From Lytechinus pictus (Eukaryota), in contig NC_087251.1 in the NCBI RefSeq assembly GCF_037042905.1, positions 36,582,001-36,646,000 of the forward strand: DNA of 64,000 bases, in the 5' to 3' direction. Made by a program: the position numbers and the translations under genes. Of the stretch, positions 12,885 to 26,778 are shown in pieces. Below the pieces are notes generated by a model. That model was not told the DNA's origin. It made no database searches and was given only the letters and a program-made list of their open reading frames with translations. The first letter of the stretch is position 1; each line of letters starts with the position of its first letter.

Positions 12885-15800
12885 GTATGATTTTTATTTA
12901 GATTGAAACCTTGAGAGAAAACAGATATTTTGTTTAAATTGGAAATCTTAAAGTGGAAAAACGTTGGGAATATAATATAAAAGACGGTTTAGCAGAAATT
13001 CGTTAAAGAATAAATGGATTATGATTTTTTTATATTTTGGGTTCTTTAAGCCAAATTCTTAGAAAATCATTTAAACGCGTACCAACTCATAAATCAATAC
13101 TTGCTTCTATGATAAAGTCATTTTTAGTCATCTTTCCAAGTTTCGGAACGACATTTCTTTATATAAAAATCGATTTATTTTATTGTCCTCCTGCATATTT
13201 TTTTTTTAATCCTGCAGACTGGACAAGCGATGTTTTTTATGCAGGTTTCCTCATTAAATTGTCTTTGAATTCAAATCGAAGTATTATTTAATTTAGATGA
13301 ATGATGCCGTATTTATATACCATGTTGAATCTTCTGATGTTATATTGTTTTTGTATTATGTTCCCATGTGAAATACGTAAAATAAAGTCAAATTCAAATA
13401 AAAAAGGGGGAGTTTATGTTATTCACGTTGGACAGCGTATCACATGCGACGTTACAAATTCATAATTCTCGTATTCTTTGACGGAATTTTATCAAATGTT
13501 CACCTTTATTTTTCTCACTTTTTGTTCTGATTTTATTAAAACGAACTTGTCAGTAGGATAGACATCCCTTTCAAACGGTATACTCATGTTTTGATAATTT
13601 TCATCCGTATAATAAGGATCCGGTAAAGAAATACTTCCCAAAATGTCTGAATTTCATGCGACTGATTTTACAAAAGGAATTTTACTGAATCCAAAATCAT
13701 AGCGGTAGCACACTTGGTAAATTGGATACTTTGAAACTAATGGTATATGATACATTTGTGACATATCAAGGACGTGTTTCTAATGACTGATTGAAATATT
13801 AATCAATAAAAAACTTAATGAAAGTTTTGTACATTCGCTACATGAACAAGAACACACAGGACACAATATCGAGAATGCCCTTTTTTCCTTCTGTCAAAGC
13901 AAAATTTGAAGGTTTTTTCTGGTTTCCTCAGCCAAACAGCAACTTCCGACAAGACAAGCTTCTCCCGTTTGCTGTACTACTTATTTTCATTATAATCAAT
14001 TTGTTGTTTAGTGTGTAAACAGCCATACTGTTCTCTGTGGTTTTGGCATTGAATTGAGGCGTCATTTTTACATTCCTTCGTCACCCGACGTTTCCTGTCT
14101 GAAATTTCAAAGTAGAGCACATGCGTATAATTTTTAGTAAGATTTTGTTAGATTTTGATTCCTAACGAATTCACCTCTTCTAAATAGAAAAAAAAATCGT
14201 GATTTAGGCCAGAAACAAGTTTCCTTGTGATCCGAAAATGTCTTTATTTGCTAATGCTACTTAACTCCGAGTAGAAATGGCACTCCCACCTACATACTCT
14301 TAAAATAAGCACGTGATTGTATTTTTTAATTACAAATCAGTTTCGTCGCTTTATACGTCCTTTTTTGTAGGATAATTTTCAAGTTTCATTCGACAACTAT
14401 TTTGAAATAATTCAATTTTACAAAATGATTTGACAAAAGAAAACCGAGGGCATTTTAATTTAAGATTACACTCTCGTATCACGATAAGAACGGGATATAA
14501 ATTATTATGCCCTGAAAACAAATTGATATTTGATTGAAAAAAAAACCCAGAATACCAAAAATATGGTTCAACTTTGCACTTGTCTTAAAGGTGCCCTTAA
14601 TTGATATTTTTGAAGGCGTGAACTTGAACTTTCTTAAACACTATATAGCCGATTTTGGTAGAATTGGCCGTGTGGGTGCCCAGTGAAAATATGTGTAATA
14701 TTCACAAAATTCTAAGTAACTTTTAGTATAATGAACTTCAAAGTGTGTCAGTTGGTGTCGCGGTCATTTGAGGTGGAATTCTTGACATAGCAATAGTTTG
14801 CTTGAAGCCTTAGGCACATCAGTGGTAACGATATCTTTCACTGTGACCTGATAAGGACATGCACACTTCGGCGATATTTTTAGTACCTTCAGAGGATATT
14901 TTACACTTTGTCAGATAAAAATGGTTCAATTTACTTCATATCATCTAATGATATGAACTACGTGGTGTTGGTCCAAATTTATATTTGATAAAATGGGGTA
15001 ATGGGAAAATAAGACAAAATGGGACATTGGTTAAATGGCAATTATACTTAATTGTTAGTAGAAGAATTGTTTGTAGACTTACTGAGGGTTAGACCATGTG
15101 CGATGATACCAAACGAAATTACTATAGAAATATCTAACTGGTTCTTCGACCTCTAACATCGAAATATATTTTAATATTGAGTCGCTTGCATTATCTTCAT
15201 GATTGAATTAAAAAGATCCAACTATATGAGTTACGTCACATATTTATATGTCTTATGCATCTTTGATCAACACTTACTGAGATATCCTACCCATTTTATT
15301 TATTTAAAATCTAAAGGTGGTATATAGCTGTCGAATTTTTTTCAGTCGCCGATTCTTCCTGAACAAGTTATATCTTCACTTCTAAACTATGCAGCGCCAT
15401 CTCTTTGTATTTGTTTCTTTAAAAAGTGTCCCTTCTTTGTATTTATTTCTTAAAAGGTGCTACTTGAGCACATATCTTACAAATTAAGGGATTAAAAATC
15501 AGAGAGTTACATATCTAATCTTGAATTACAATGATGGCATGCAATTTCGGGGGCTCTACCATCAAGGCTACCTACTCGTCGCATGCAAACACATTCTGTA
15601 TCGTAGGATAACTGTAAATATTTGTTTACTTTGCTTTGAACCCAACAGAATCTCAGGGGCTCTCTTTTTAAGACAACGAGGGCGACTCATTAATAAAGAA
15701 ATAGGCACAGTTGTCCATTGCTCACCGATGTTTATTTCCCCTACTCCTCTGCATACTTTTCACGAGCACTTTAATGAAATGAGTTGGGGTACGACGACTA

Positions 15801-15962
15801 CAGCCCACAACTGACGAATACACCAACACCTTTGTTTTATGACCTACATGTACCACCTGCACCTACACCATTCCTTCACCCTTGATTCTTGATAAGGTTC
15901 ATTCGTAATCTAATACCACTCCATTATAATTTCTTTGGTATTTCCCATTACCATGGTTACAG

Positions 15963-16112
15963 GTGAGTCTTCAGCAGCTGGGTTAGGTGAGTGGAGCTCG
16001 TGGTCATCGTGCTCCTCACCATGCGGCGGAGGAAAACGAGAACGAACTCGACCTTGTGGGTTGCAGTGCCGTACTACAGAAAGACAGGAGTGCAATAAAC
16101 ACATATGCTCTG
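15963..16112 (+). CDS. ISM1: Isthmin-like gene, coding exon 3 (thrombospondin type-1 repeat)
   Basis: [39 protein letters not shown] is a canonical TSP1 repeat. 150-nt phase 1-1 exon, acceptor ttacag, donor G|GTAGGT. Confidence 0.92.
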
Positions 16113-16431
16113 GTAGGTTGATGGGTATTCAATTCGTGAGCTGGTGTGATTGGGCTGCTGCCCCCCCCCCCCCACACACACACACACACACGTACAAAAA
16201 GTTCGCTTTTTTGTATTATTATTAGTAGGGGGTTTATATTTATTTAGATGATTTTTTTATTGTTAAATGAAATACATGTTAATTTTGTATCAATCAATCA
16301 ATAAATCTTACGCTCATCTACAATTTGTGCAGTATTAGCTCTAACTCGTGTAATATTCCTGGTATCCCATTCTGAGCCATTCAGCATGTCCAGTGTTTAA
16401 ATGACATTTTGAATTTTTCTTCACTTTGCAG

Positions 16432-16581
16432 GGTCCTCCATGACGTCAGAATCAGAGAACGATTTCGACGCGAGCGACCTCCCCAGTGCAACAAGGTCCA
16501 ATCAGGGATTCGTCATCAACCAGGGTTTCACCATCGATGTCGTTGACGAGATCGCCGACTCCATCGACAGTTCTGACTTCG
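16432..16581 (+). CDS. ISM1: Isthmin-like gene, coding exon 4 (acidic linker between TSP1 and AMOP)
   Basis: Acceptor ttcttcactttgcag, 150-nt open phase 1-1 exon, donor G|GTAAGC. It joins exons 3 and 5 in frame. Confidence 0.85.
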
Positions 16582-17767
16582 GTAAGCTTGCAAAAATAAC
16601 AGATTATTATTGCTTTATATTTCATATAGTCCAATTTCCATTGAGATAAATATCATTTTTCTTATCTTGAAGTCCCGCCGGCATATTTGTTCTCTTCCAA
16701 CCCGTTTGTCCCGTTTTCTTTCCACAAATAACCAAAAAACCTTGAAAAATCTGCAAATTGAAGTCTTGCAAATATATACATTCGAACACGTAACTTTGTC
16801 TGTTTGTCATTGTGAACGCAAGGATTACCCACATTGTGCCACGGTGACGAGAAGCTCGAGTCGTTGTATATTCCATTTCGTGTAAAATAAAGCTTATTTT
16901 GACAACGGGGAAAATTTAAGAAAAAAAATAAAATACTTATTAAAGAAAAAAACAGCGTCCGTCCTTGAATGAGTATTTCTTACTACTGCACATAAGGTCC
17001 GATTTACGAGTTGAGTCCCTTAATGATATCTAAAGTTTTACGAATTTTTAGAGTTCATTTACATCCGCCTCGCTTATTTTTCTTCGAATCTGTCCTCGGT
17101 CGAGCCGAATATTCCATGTCTGAACATGGTAATGAGTTTTAATCGGCTGTAATACATTTCCCCTGAGTTCATTGCTTCATTTGAGCTAGAGCGGCCGAAA
17201 TATATCAAGGGGTTGCTGGTCGCCCGAAGGAATCATAAATAAACCGTCGAATTTGGGTCAAAAGAAATACAAACGGATGTTTTTGTTGCGAGGGAAATTG
17301 GGCTAAGGACCGCAGGTAGCAAAAAATATGTCGAGGGGAGATTTGAAGTTCAATGACTGAGACTGCTTAGCGGGATGGTAAAGGGGTATTAATTTTGGTT
17401 CTTCGTTGTGTACTTGGTTTTGATTTCAGTCTACTGCGCAATGAGGTATAACTGAAAGTGTTCATTGACCTTTCAAAATGACGGTATAGGCCTGAACTGA
17501 TGCAGGCTTTTCACCATAGCCCATTCTATTTGATCTGTGATTATGCAATGTACCCTTGTCTAAAATTGTTTCTTTTTAGAACGGTAATTATTTGACCTCA
17601 AATTTCAAATAAGGTACGTGTGTGGGTGAGTGGGTGCACTTGTGTGTGGGTTGGGTGTGTGTAGTTTGGCATTTTACAGATTGTCATATGAATTATGTAC
17701 GCTTATTGGAGCGACCCTTAACCTTACCGTAATTCCGAAAGTTTGGGGATATGCCTAAGTCTATTGC

Positions 17768-17853
17768 TGAGGATCGAACCCCTGACTCTAAATAGTCGGC
17801 ACCTCTTTAGTCCGGCAGTGAAGTGTGAGTTAGGCCACTCGACGGCGGTACCT
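17768..17853 (-). mobile_element. Degenerate tRNA-derived SINE head
   Basis: The minus strand reads ...gccgtcgagtggcctaa...caggggttcgatcctcag (A-box-like and B-box-like). It does not form a full cloverleaf. Confidence 0.4.
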
Positions 17854-17856
17854 CTA

Positions 17857-18054
17857 CACTCTTAAAAAAGATTGGTCAGAGTATCCAATCTATTGGTGAA
17901 TATGTGTCTGAACGATAAAAATTGTCAATATCAACAACAATTCTGGTAGATTTTAACCAATAAATGAGCGATTTTGACCCTTTTTTTAGGTCTGGCACGT
18001 AGGCCCTATATTCACCAACACATTGGTTATTATGACCAATCCTTTTTAAGAGTA
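17857..18054. mobile_element. CACT-terminated MITE
   Basis: TIRs cactcttaaaaaagattggtca / tgaccaatcctttttaagagta. Confidence 0.75.
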
Positions 18055-18822
18055 CACATGTCAAATAACGTGTTATGTATGAGGCTACTAGCCTCATACA
18101 TGGACTTTGCTCTGTTTCTCTCTTGATATCTGATAGAATGCATGGTCAATGTTTAACTCCGAACCGATACCCCATGATCTTGTAATGGATTTATCAGACC
18201 AACTCCCTGATCAGAAACAACTCCACAATCCTGTGTTATGGTAATCGGTAGTTAATAGCGATTTTTTCACTCAGCATCCTACAGAGGATTCAAGAACGCA
18301 GTAAAAGTAAATGTATTGCATATGCCCGTCAAATGACAAAGAACACCTGGGACTCGAGTCTATATCGAAAATTTGAGAACCGGAACAGCAGACTCGTCTA
18401 AAGACTCTAAAGTTTCGGACTAAAAATCGCAAATAAAAACTATGTCGTTTTTCCAGATTCAAGGACTGAACTGCTCTTTTGATTCCCAAATTTTCGACAA
18501 TGACTTCTTGCTTATTCTTTGTCATGACTGGCATTTGACAATTAATACATTGACATTGAATCGTCCGAACGTCGCTTTGCAAAACTGCGTAATGACCGAG
18601 TCCAAGGATGTTCTGGAGCAGGTAGCCTATAGAATTTTCGTAATGCTATTCACACCGGCAAAACCGTCTCCAGACCGGATGTCATCATTACCATTAAAAC
18701 CTTCGGAGTTGGTTTCTTTGGTGTGACTGAATCATAAGACCACGACATAAGCCAATGCTAATGAAGATCCAGTCTTTCTGCAATTGATGATAGTTGGTTT
18801 TCTTTATCTTTGGTTATTTCAG

Positions 18823-19316
18823 ATAGCTGCGAAGAATGGATGCAGTGTCGTAGTGAGAAGCTGGTGTCCTACCTGTCCCGTCTGGATGACCTTCCGAGCT
18901 GTCCCTGCCACTTCCCAACCAACAACGCCATCGTGGATCCTCAGCAAGGCCGCGAGTTCCATTGGATTCAACAAGACCCTGAGGCATCCCGACTGGATAT
19001 CTACAAGCCGACCGCCAGTAGCTGTATCCAATCGGTACGCTCCTATCGCAGTACGTCGCTCGCCTCGCAGCAGTGCTGCTACGACGCCAATCAGCGGTTG
19101 ATCACCAGAGGCCAAGGGGCTGGTACGCCTCAGCTCATCACGGCACAGATTTCTCGAGAGCTGCATTACAAGATCGACATCCTGCCCTGGATCATATGCA
19201 AAGGAGACTGGACCAAGTACAATCGGATCAGGCAGCCTAATAACGGCAGAGAATGCGAAGAGATTCCAGATTTGCAGACATTTCTTTCTCAGGTTGAAGA
19301 AGCGCGGGACTTCTGA
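18823..19316 (+). CDS. ISM1: Isthmin-like gene, terminal coding exon 5 (AMOP domain), proximal copy
   Basis: DSCEEWMQC...DLPSCPC...IYKPTASSCIQS...QQCCYD...LITRGQGAGTPQLI...ELHYKIDILPWIICKGDWTKYN...PNNG closely matches the isthmin AMOP domain. Acceptor ggttatttcag, phase 1, stop TGA ending 19316. Confidence 0.95.
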
Positions 19317-22300
19317 ACAAGGAAGTTGTTTTGTCCTACTACATTCTCTTTGGGAGAGAAACAGGAATGGGACCAAGAAATTCGTAAGAAATTACTCGTC
19401 CTGGACAAACTTTCTGTTTGGTGATTTAGTATGCATTGCCAGCTAACGAACGTGGTGTATATCACCTGTAAAACAAATGGGGGCTGTTTTTTTTTTTTTT
19501 GGGGGGGGGGGACTTGGTTGAAATCTCTTTTCACTGATTGGCCTTTCCTGTCGCCGAGTGGTTTTGAAAGTGTGAGTGGATTGGGCGGGGCTGACCTTGT
19601 AAAAAATCTCAATCCGATGGTAATTATTAAGTTTTTGTACACATTTATTGATAAAACGTGGGGGAGTCAATACCCCCCCCCCCCCCCCACGGTTCTGGGG
19701 ATCATGTTTCTCTCTGTCTTTCATATTCTTTCTCCATTTTCTTTTCTCTTTTGTCATTCCCTGATAGCACTTAAACACATTTCAACATTTTCCCTTGAAT
19801 ACTTAAAATGAGCAGGTTGATTGATATTACCAAAATACATGTATCAAGTTCGTTTGAAGCAATCTGAATTTTGTTGAAACTCTTTGTTTTAGAGAGTGTC
19901 ATATCAATTATTATTTATTAAGAAGAATGACATGTTATAACCAGTTAACATATTGTTGTCCAGTTACGTCAAAATATGTCTATACTCATTTATATATCTG
20001 ACCATATAGATTTCATTATAATGAACGCAAAACCAATTTGATACTGGTTGAAAAAATACAATAATGATATTTCTTTTTTTAATTGGTAGTTATATGATGA
20101 TTATTGGGTGTGAATAAGGTATTTTTTCCTGTCAGGAGTTGATATAATGATGCTGTTAACGATATTCACTTTTTGAAAATGATAACTACCTCGAATGATA
20201 ATGTCATTGTTTGTATTATATACCTGTGAGTATATAGGCTAATGATTAGAAATTTTCGTTTCAGTCACACAACGAAACCGATAGGAAACCGATCGCTGAG
20301 TACTGTACGTCATTGCTTTGGCCGGTCTGGGTTTGGCTTCGCTGATGTGACTGACATTAGTCTACACATTGACATTCAATCGATATATGTAGAGGCGTAC
20401 CTGTTAAGGTCTACTTTTAAATTATTTTTGTACTGAAATAGTCACGGGTTTGTACTGTATATACTTATTGCTAGAATTGTGATTCTAGTATTTAAAACAG
20501 AACAGAATAGGATCACCCATTATCTCCTAACTGATTGGATTTGTGTTTGTACAATCATTTCAACTTGATATTTCAATCGCATGAATTGGACTTTTCTGCT
20601 TATGGAGGTAGATTTCAAACTGCGATTAAATATCAATTTAAGAGAAGAAACCATAGAATTTAAAGTAAAAACGGCGTGTTCGTTATAACGTTCTGTACAT
20701 TCTCTCATTTCAAATTTTGTGTGGTTGAAAACACCGATAATAACAATATCGTTTCTTATTTGCAGTCAATAAATTCCTGCAAATACTTCATTTGTTATAT
20801 TTTTTAAATCTCTATGGCAATCAAAAATAACATTAACGTTCTTTTTAAGTCACCAGTTTATTATTTTATGATTGCTCATGCTGTACAGTAGTCCTTTATA
20901 AATAAAACTGCATTTAAGAGATTATAGAGACATAATGTGTTTCTCAGGGAATTTGTATAATATATATGATGGTATGCATAATTATGTTGCCGAAAAATAG
21001 TTTTTTTTTTTTAAATATTGTAAGAATTCACCTAGTCAACCTATAATGTGTTGTGAACGAGGATGGTTCGATGTTGACCATTATTTTGAATGAATGTTTC
21101 TGAACGAACGTATATATCAACGTTCGAACTTTAACGTATCGATAAATTACATTTCCCTTTGTTTCTTTGTTATTTTTAACTTACTTGTTATTTTTCGTTG
21201 GCAATTTTTATCACATTATTCATTAATTAATTGACTTATTGATTTATTTTTCGGGGGGGGGGGGTAATGTATGACAGCGAAGGTGTGATTGAAAAGGGTC
21301 ATTTCAACGGAATTCGTTTTATTTCTTTTTTTTTTCATTTGGAACTTGTCTTGCCATTGTTCTTAAAAATAATATTCATATTCAAAATACGAATTTCCAC
21401 TATGGTAAGAATGAGAGGCTGAATTATGTTATATATTATTAAACTTGGTATTTCGGTATCAATGTTGTAGAAAATACTAGAAAACACGTAATTATTATGT
21501 TCCATGTTATATTTTTAATCAATATTTAACTTGCATGGAAGGTTATTAGTTCCGATCTAAATGTCTTTCCTGGTACCCAGGGGCGGAGTGGCGCCGTGCT
21601 ATTTTGAAAGGAGTGCAAAATGACCTATTTTAATATTGCATTACCATTACAGAGATAATGAAAGATTCAACGACACATATGTCTCTTTTTTATGCTCTTC
21701 TCTTTGCATCCCCCCTTTTCTTTTTTCCTCTGTTTCCCCCACTACTTGAAAAATCACAGGGGTGGTCGCCCCCGCCCCCGTAGGGCTGCCCCTGCTTGTA
21801 TTAGTTAATCGTTCGCATCTAGACTGATTTTAACATTTGCCGCGCCATTATTAAATTGGCTTTATATAATAATGTTTAAAATGATTTAGAATTCCTGGTA
21901 TCATCGATAAGAATCATATTGATGAGTCATGTGTTAAACGTTTATATTTTTGTTTTCATGTACTCTATTTATTTCATCAGATGATAAAATGTATAAAAAT
22001 TGTATATTATTTTATGTTTAGTTCCACGTTGAAAAACACTTGTATGTGATTAAAACAAATGGAAATAAAAAATTTAATTCCTGTATCATTTGGTTGTTTT
22101 GTATGAGAACAATGGAATATATCGTTTAAAAGTCTTTTAAAATGTGAAAGGTATTCTATCCATTTAGAGAGATGTGTGATTCATTCAATTAAAAAGTAGT
22201 ACCTTATTAAAGAAATAATAGGGCTGTTTCCTAAACAAATCGATAACAAATACAATAAACCGTGTAGAATCCTCGTCAAATGGAGCAGTTCTTGTATAGT

Positions 22301-23951
22301 AGAAGAGATTTTAAGAAAATAATTGTCGTGTTTGACGAGAAAAAAATTGTGAAAATGAGTGGATCATATCAAATGATAATGCTTTTCTTAAAGCATGATT
22401 TCTAATCATCTGACTGAAATTGTTCCAATGTTTTACAAAAAGAGTGTAGTGGTATTTGATAATATCTTAATCATGATCTATTAATAAGATTTGGTTGATC
22501 AAACGCGTCTGACTGAGAATATCTTTTCAAGGTTGGCTCATACTTAAAAATGCTTAGCTCATACCTGGAAAATATATTGATATTGTCCTTGGAGATTAAA
22601 TTCAAATTGTATTAAGAATGATTCAAATTCACTCTACTATAATTATAATACACCTGGACCCCGTCTTACAAAGAGAGATAGCTTCAAATAAAACTTTTGC
22701 AATTGAGCTCAATTTGCGAATGTATTATTAAAGAGATGGAAGTTTAGATCAGCGCAAAAGATGAGAAAGGTGAAAAGCTCAGTTGTATAACAAAACTAAG
22801 AGAGAGAGAGAGGGGGGGGGGTATAAATCTAATAATTTATTGTCGTCCCACAGTTCTCAATTTCATCTTTCTTATTTCGGTGAGAAGTCGCTCAAACCTA
22901 AATGAATTTTAGGTTGTCATTTCTGCAGATTGAAATGCTTTTCAAATTCTGAAGCCTTAAAACCATGACTTATAATATAAAGTGTGGACATTTCATCCAT
23001 AATCTACTTATTTTTGATGGGATATACGGTGATTTTTTTATCATACGAAGTAGAGAATGGCATGAGGAGCGGCGGATTCAAGATTTTATAAATCAAGGGG
23101 CACAGAAAGAACTTGTTCATGATTTCTTCAGAATTTTCTGATTAACCCACCCCCTCCCTGAAAAGATTTAGGGGGGGGGGTGATCACAATTTTTGCATTG
23201 CCTCCTGGATCAGGATCTGTCCTTGAATATGTCACGCTAAAGCGAAAAAATAACTTTCCCTGACTGCATGATTGCGGAAGATCAAATTCCAGGGGTGGTT
23301 CCAAAGGGGGGCATGGGACGAATGTCTCCTCTATCGTCAAAAAAGGAATAAAGAGGGAGAAAGAAGCAAGAAAATTATAAAAGGAGATCTGGACAGACAG
23401 TGCAACTATATAATACCCATTGATTTTTATACGGATCAGTAATTATAATACCCCTATAATTCAAATAAGAACATTAGATGATGTTACCTTTTGTTATCTT
23501 GCCCCCCCCCCCCATTTAATACCCCGCTGCCGCCCCTGATCTATGCAATACTGTATATCTGTTTGCAAAAAGGGGTGTCAGTCATGATCCAGGTGGCAGC
23601 GGTGCGGTGCCTTCTCTTGTATAAAGTGCATATGCTGATCATTTTACAGAGTTGAGGACTGGGATGGGGGAGAGCCCCTTGGCCCCCTGGATTTGCCAAA
23701 GGTCTATGAGTGCCAGTATAGGATTTCATTTTAAATCAGAGCAAAATCATATTAAATATTTATATTCCTGTATTAAAAAAACATACAAATAATATGGAAA
23801 TTGTCAATATGAATATTATTTATAATGAAAATCTCTTATCTCTAAATCGGCAGCAGTTGACTAATATTTGATCACTCGTCTGGTTTATTGGAACAAAGCG
23901 GAAAACACAAACTTCACACTCTCATCAAATACAACCCATGCAATACTAATT

Positions 23952-24645
23952 CTCGCTACCCCAAATAGGAACACAAATCTAATAATGCGCGAGACGAGAT
24001 AATTTTCACTCCGTCGGGTCGTCATCACCACTTCCGGTTCAGAGTCATGCTCGCGCGAGGTTCGCGATACTGATTCCACCACGCTGAAATCGATGCCAAT
24101 CAGCGTAATATGTACAGATTATAATACTTGTTATTTAATTTGGTCATTTTTGATTCCATTTGAATTATAAATAAAAATAAAAAATATATTTTACTTGAAA
24201 AAATGAATATCTTAAAATTTTGCATTTAGTGACCGGCCTGACATCACGATCGTATTCGACTAGACGCTAAATATATCTACAGCATTCATTCCGTTCAATT
24301 TTTCGTCGACCACAAAATGGATAAAAAATCAGTTTCGGAACTTAAACAAATCTTAACTGACAGATATGAGGAATACCGTGCAATGGAAAGCTTCGGGCAG
24401 AATTAGTGACTTTAGCAGAAAAGGCCGTTAAATGGTATCATGAAAGAGAGGGTTGTGATCACGAACTTTCCGAGCGAAAGCGACGTTGTGTTGTTGTGGA
24501 TGACGGCACTGTTGATCTGAATGGCAAAAACAGTGCATTGGACTTCCGAACAGGAAGTTGTAATACCGAAAAGCTATCCCATAATGCAATGCGCGTTACA
24601 GGGATTTTCCCGGATCTCGGCGAAATCGCTATTTGGGGTAGCGAG
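23952..24645 (+). mobile_element. Internally deleted DNA transposon with 17-bp perfect TIRs, apparent ATT target duplication and a SAP-domain ORF remnant
   Basis: ATT|CTCGCTACCCCAAATAG ... CTATTTGGGGTAGCGAG|ATT. It is absent from the paralogous site (~35148) in duplication copy 2. Confidence 0.85.
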
Positions 24646-24744
24646 ATTGGAAGTAATCAATCAATAATATCCTTGATAGTCACAGCTGACGGATGAGTGC
24701 TCTGTACGAATAATATAGTTACGGGTTACATCGCGCGCATGTAA

Positions 24745-24817
24745 GCCACCTTAGCTCAGCGGTTAGAGCACTGGTCTTGTAAACCAGGGGTCGAGAGTTC
24801 TAATCTCTCAGGAGGCT
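24745..24817 (+). tRNA. tRNA-Thr (anticodon UGU), variant and possibly impaired copy
   Basis: Cloverleaf GCCACCT-TA-GCTC..GAGC-A-CTGGT-CTTGTAA-ACCAG-GGGTC-GAGAG-TTCTAAT-CTCTC-AGGAGGC-T. It has an A:A mismatch in the acceptor stem and a TTCTAAT T-loop. A T-run terminator lies ~15 nt downstream. Confidence 0.85.
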
Positions 24818-26778
24818 GGGGCGTGGTTCCTCTTTTTTTTTCTTATAATAATGAAATAGATTCATGAAGAACTATCGTACCAGGGAATGTGTTTGAAGAA
24901 TTCATTGAAAATAAGTCACTATATCACGTTTCGAGAGATTTCTTTTTTAGAAAATTTTTACTCTGTTAATTTGCTGCCAACCCACCCCCCCCCCTTTCCA
25001 CAAAGACAGGTTCAACATTTAGCACAATTTAAATGAAAAACAAATCGATTTTAAAAAAATACAATACCATATCAATATTGCATACACTTAATAAATTGAA
25101 ATTAATATTCATGATTCCAGGCTTAAAATCATGATAAATAGGATTATTGATCATGAATCAAACTTTTATTCAATTTAAATTCTCTTATCTTGATGATTTT
25201 ATCTATTCATAAATTATATCAATTCATATTTTCATTCATCTAATTATTGCCCATAACATCGAATTTGAAAATCATGTCATTTAAGAATCCCTCTTCAAAA
25301 TTACTTATTATGTACGTTTTATGCTTATGTTATCAATTCTTATTTAAATGTTATGCTAGTTTACAACACAATTATGAATGAATTCTTTATATATTTTCAT
25401 AGAGGTGAAATGTTGTAAGCATTCTCATTTCATTCTTTCAGTAGTCAATAATGTATATTGAATTTTGTTATACACGAACTATACGCAAAATCGTTAACTG
25501 AATTAAATCAAACAAATATAAATCATGCAATGTCTTTCTCATTTCCACTTGAGATATCCCGTTAATCTCTTATTTACAAATAGGCCCGTTTACTATTAAA
25601 CATGTCATAAGTGTATGCATACATTTTTAAAACAAATTATGTTCTTGACATTCTGAAAACTTGCATCAAATATCAATTAACGTATGCAAATACTTAATTC
25701 ACTTCAACGAATACAAGTTTGCAGGAAAGAAATAGTCATTTAGTATTTATAAGCTTATCGAAATGATATCATCGGAATCAAATAGTTTATTATGACTTGT
25801 TGCTATTGTTGGCAATCCTCTGGGGAGGTTTGAGAATGGACAAACCTTTTGGGATCCTATAATTAGGGTCTTTGGTGAAAGAGGGCACATGAAGCAAGTG
25901 AAATGATGAATGCTACAATCGTCAATGATGTTGAAATAATGACATGGAAAAAGAAAACACGTCATGCATGATCACGCATTCCCTGTAACTCATGACGGTG
26001 GACATAATAGAAGGTGGGGTGTGTGTGTGTGGGGGGGGGGGGGCCGGGGGGGGGGGCTTTGAATAAAGAACAAAAGATCTTTCAACGGATTGTGTTCAAT
26101 TGATTATGCAAGGAACGAGTAAGGTGCTATGTTATTGGGATCCTATAATGATTATAAGGGTCTTTGGTCGAAAAGGGTTATCATCCCCATGGAAGCAATT
26201 GAAATGGTGAATGCTACAATAGTCAATGATGTTATTCGATGAAGACAAATGAAAATGACATGGAAACAGAGAGCCGATCTCAATTTTAAAAAAATATGTA
26301 TATCCTCTGCTATGAAAATGGAGACACGGGACAGATGATATCGTGGCAGTTCAAGTATAAGAGGTAAGGTACAATTATGACATTACTAAAACTCTCATTT
26401 ATATTATTTCGCGTGATGTATATAATTATGATACGTAGCGATTTTACTCCAATTGTTGTGCGTTTGATAAGTAGGCCTTTTTCTCTATATCATCATACTG
26501 TATCATTCAGTGTTCTATGGCTCTTTTACAGAACAAGCATTTATGGGGTAGAGATAGAATATGCCCTATTGATGAGGTTTGCTTTCATGGTTGGTGAATG
26601 TTGATTATAAAATGGTACGGCAAGAGTGAGAATGTTAAGTCGGGCAAGCGGAACGGAACCGAAATCTGTTTACTCGAAAGAATGTAATTTGAATATGAAA
26701 AGACTCATTTATTGGTTTATATTCATTTGGTCCAATGCCAATTCGTCCAATAGCCATTTAGTCCATGTACCATTTCTA

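Noticed and set aside
18784..19376. Overlapping alternative-frame and antisense ORFs on the AMOP exon (105 aa +, 185 aa -; likewise 29653-30305)
   Set aside because: Shadow ORFs of a GC-rich coding exon. Substitutions between the copies are synonymous in the isthmin frame.
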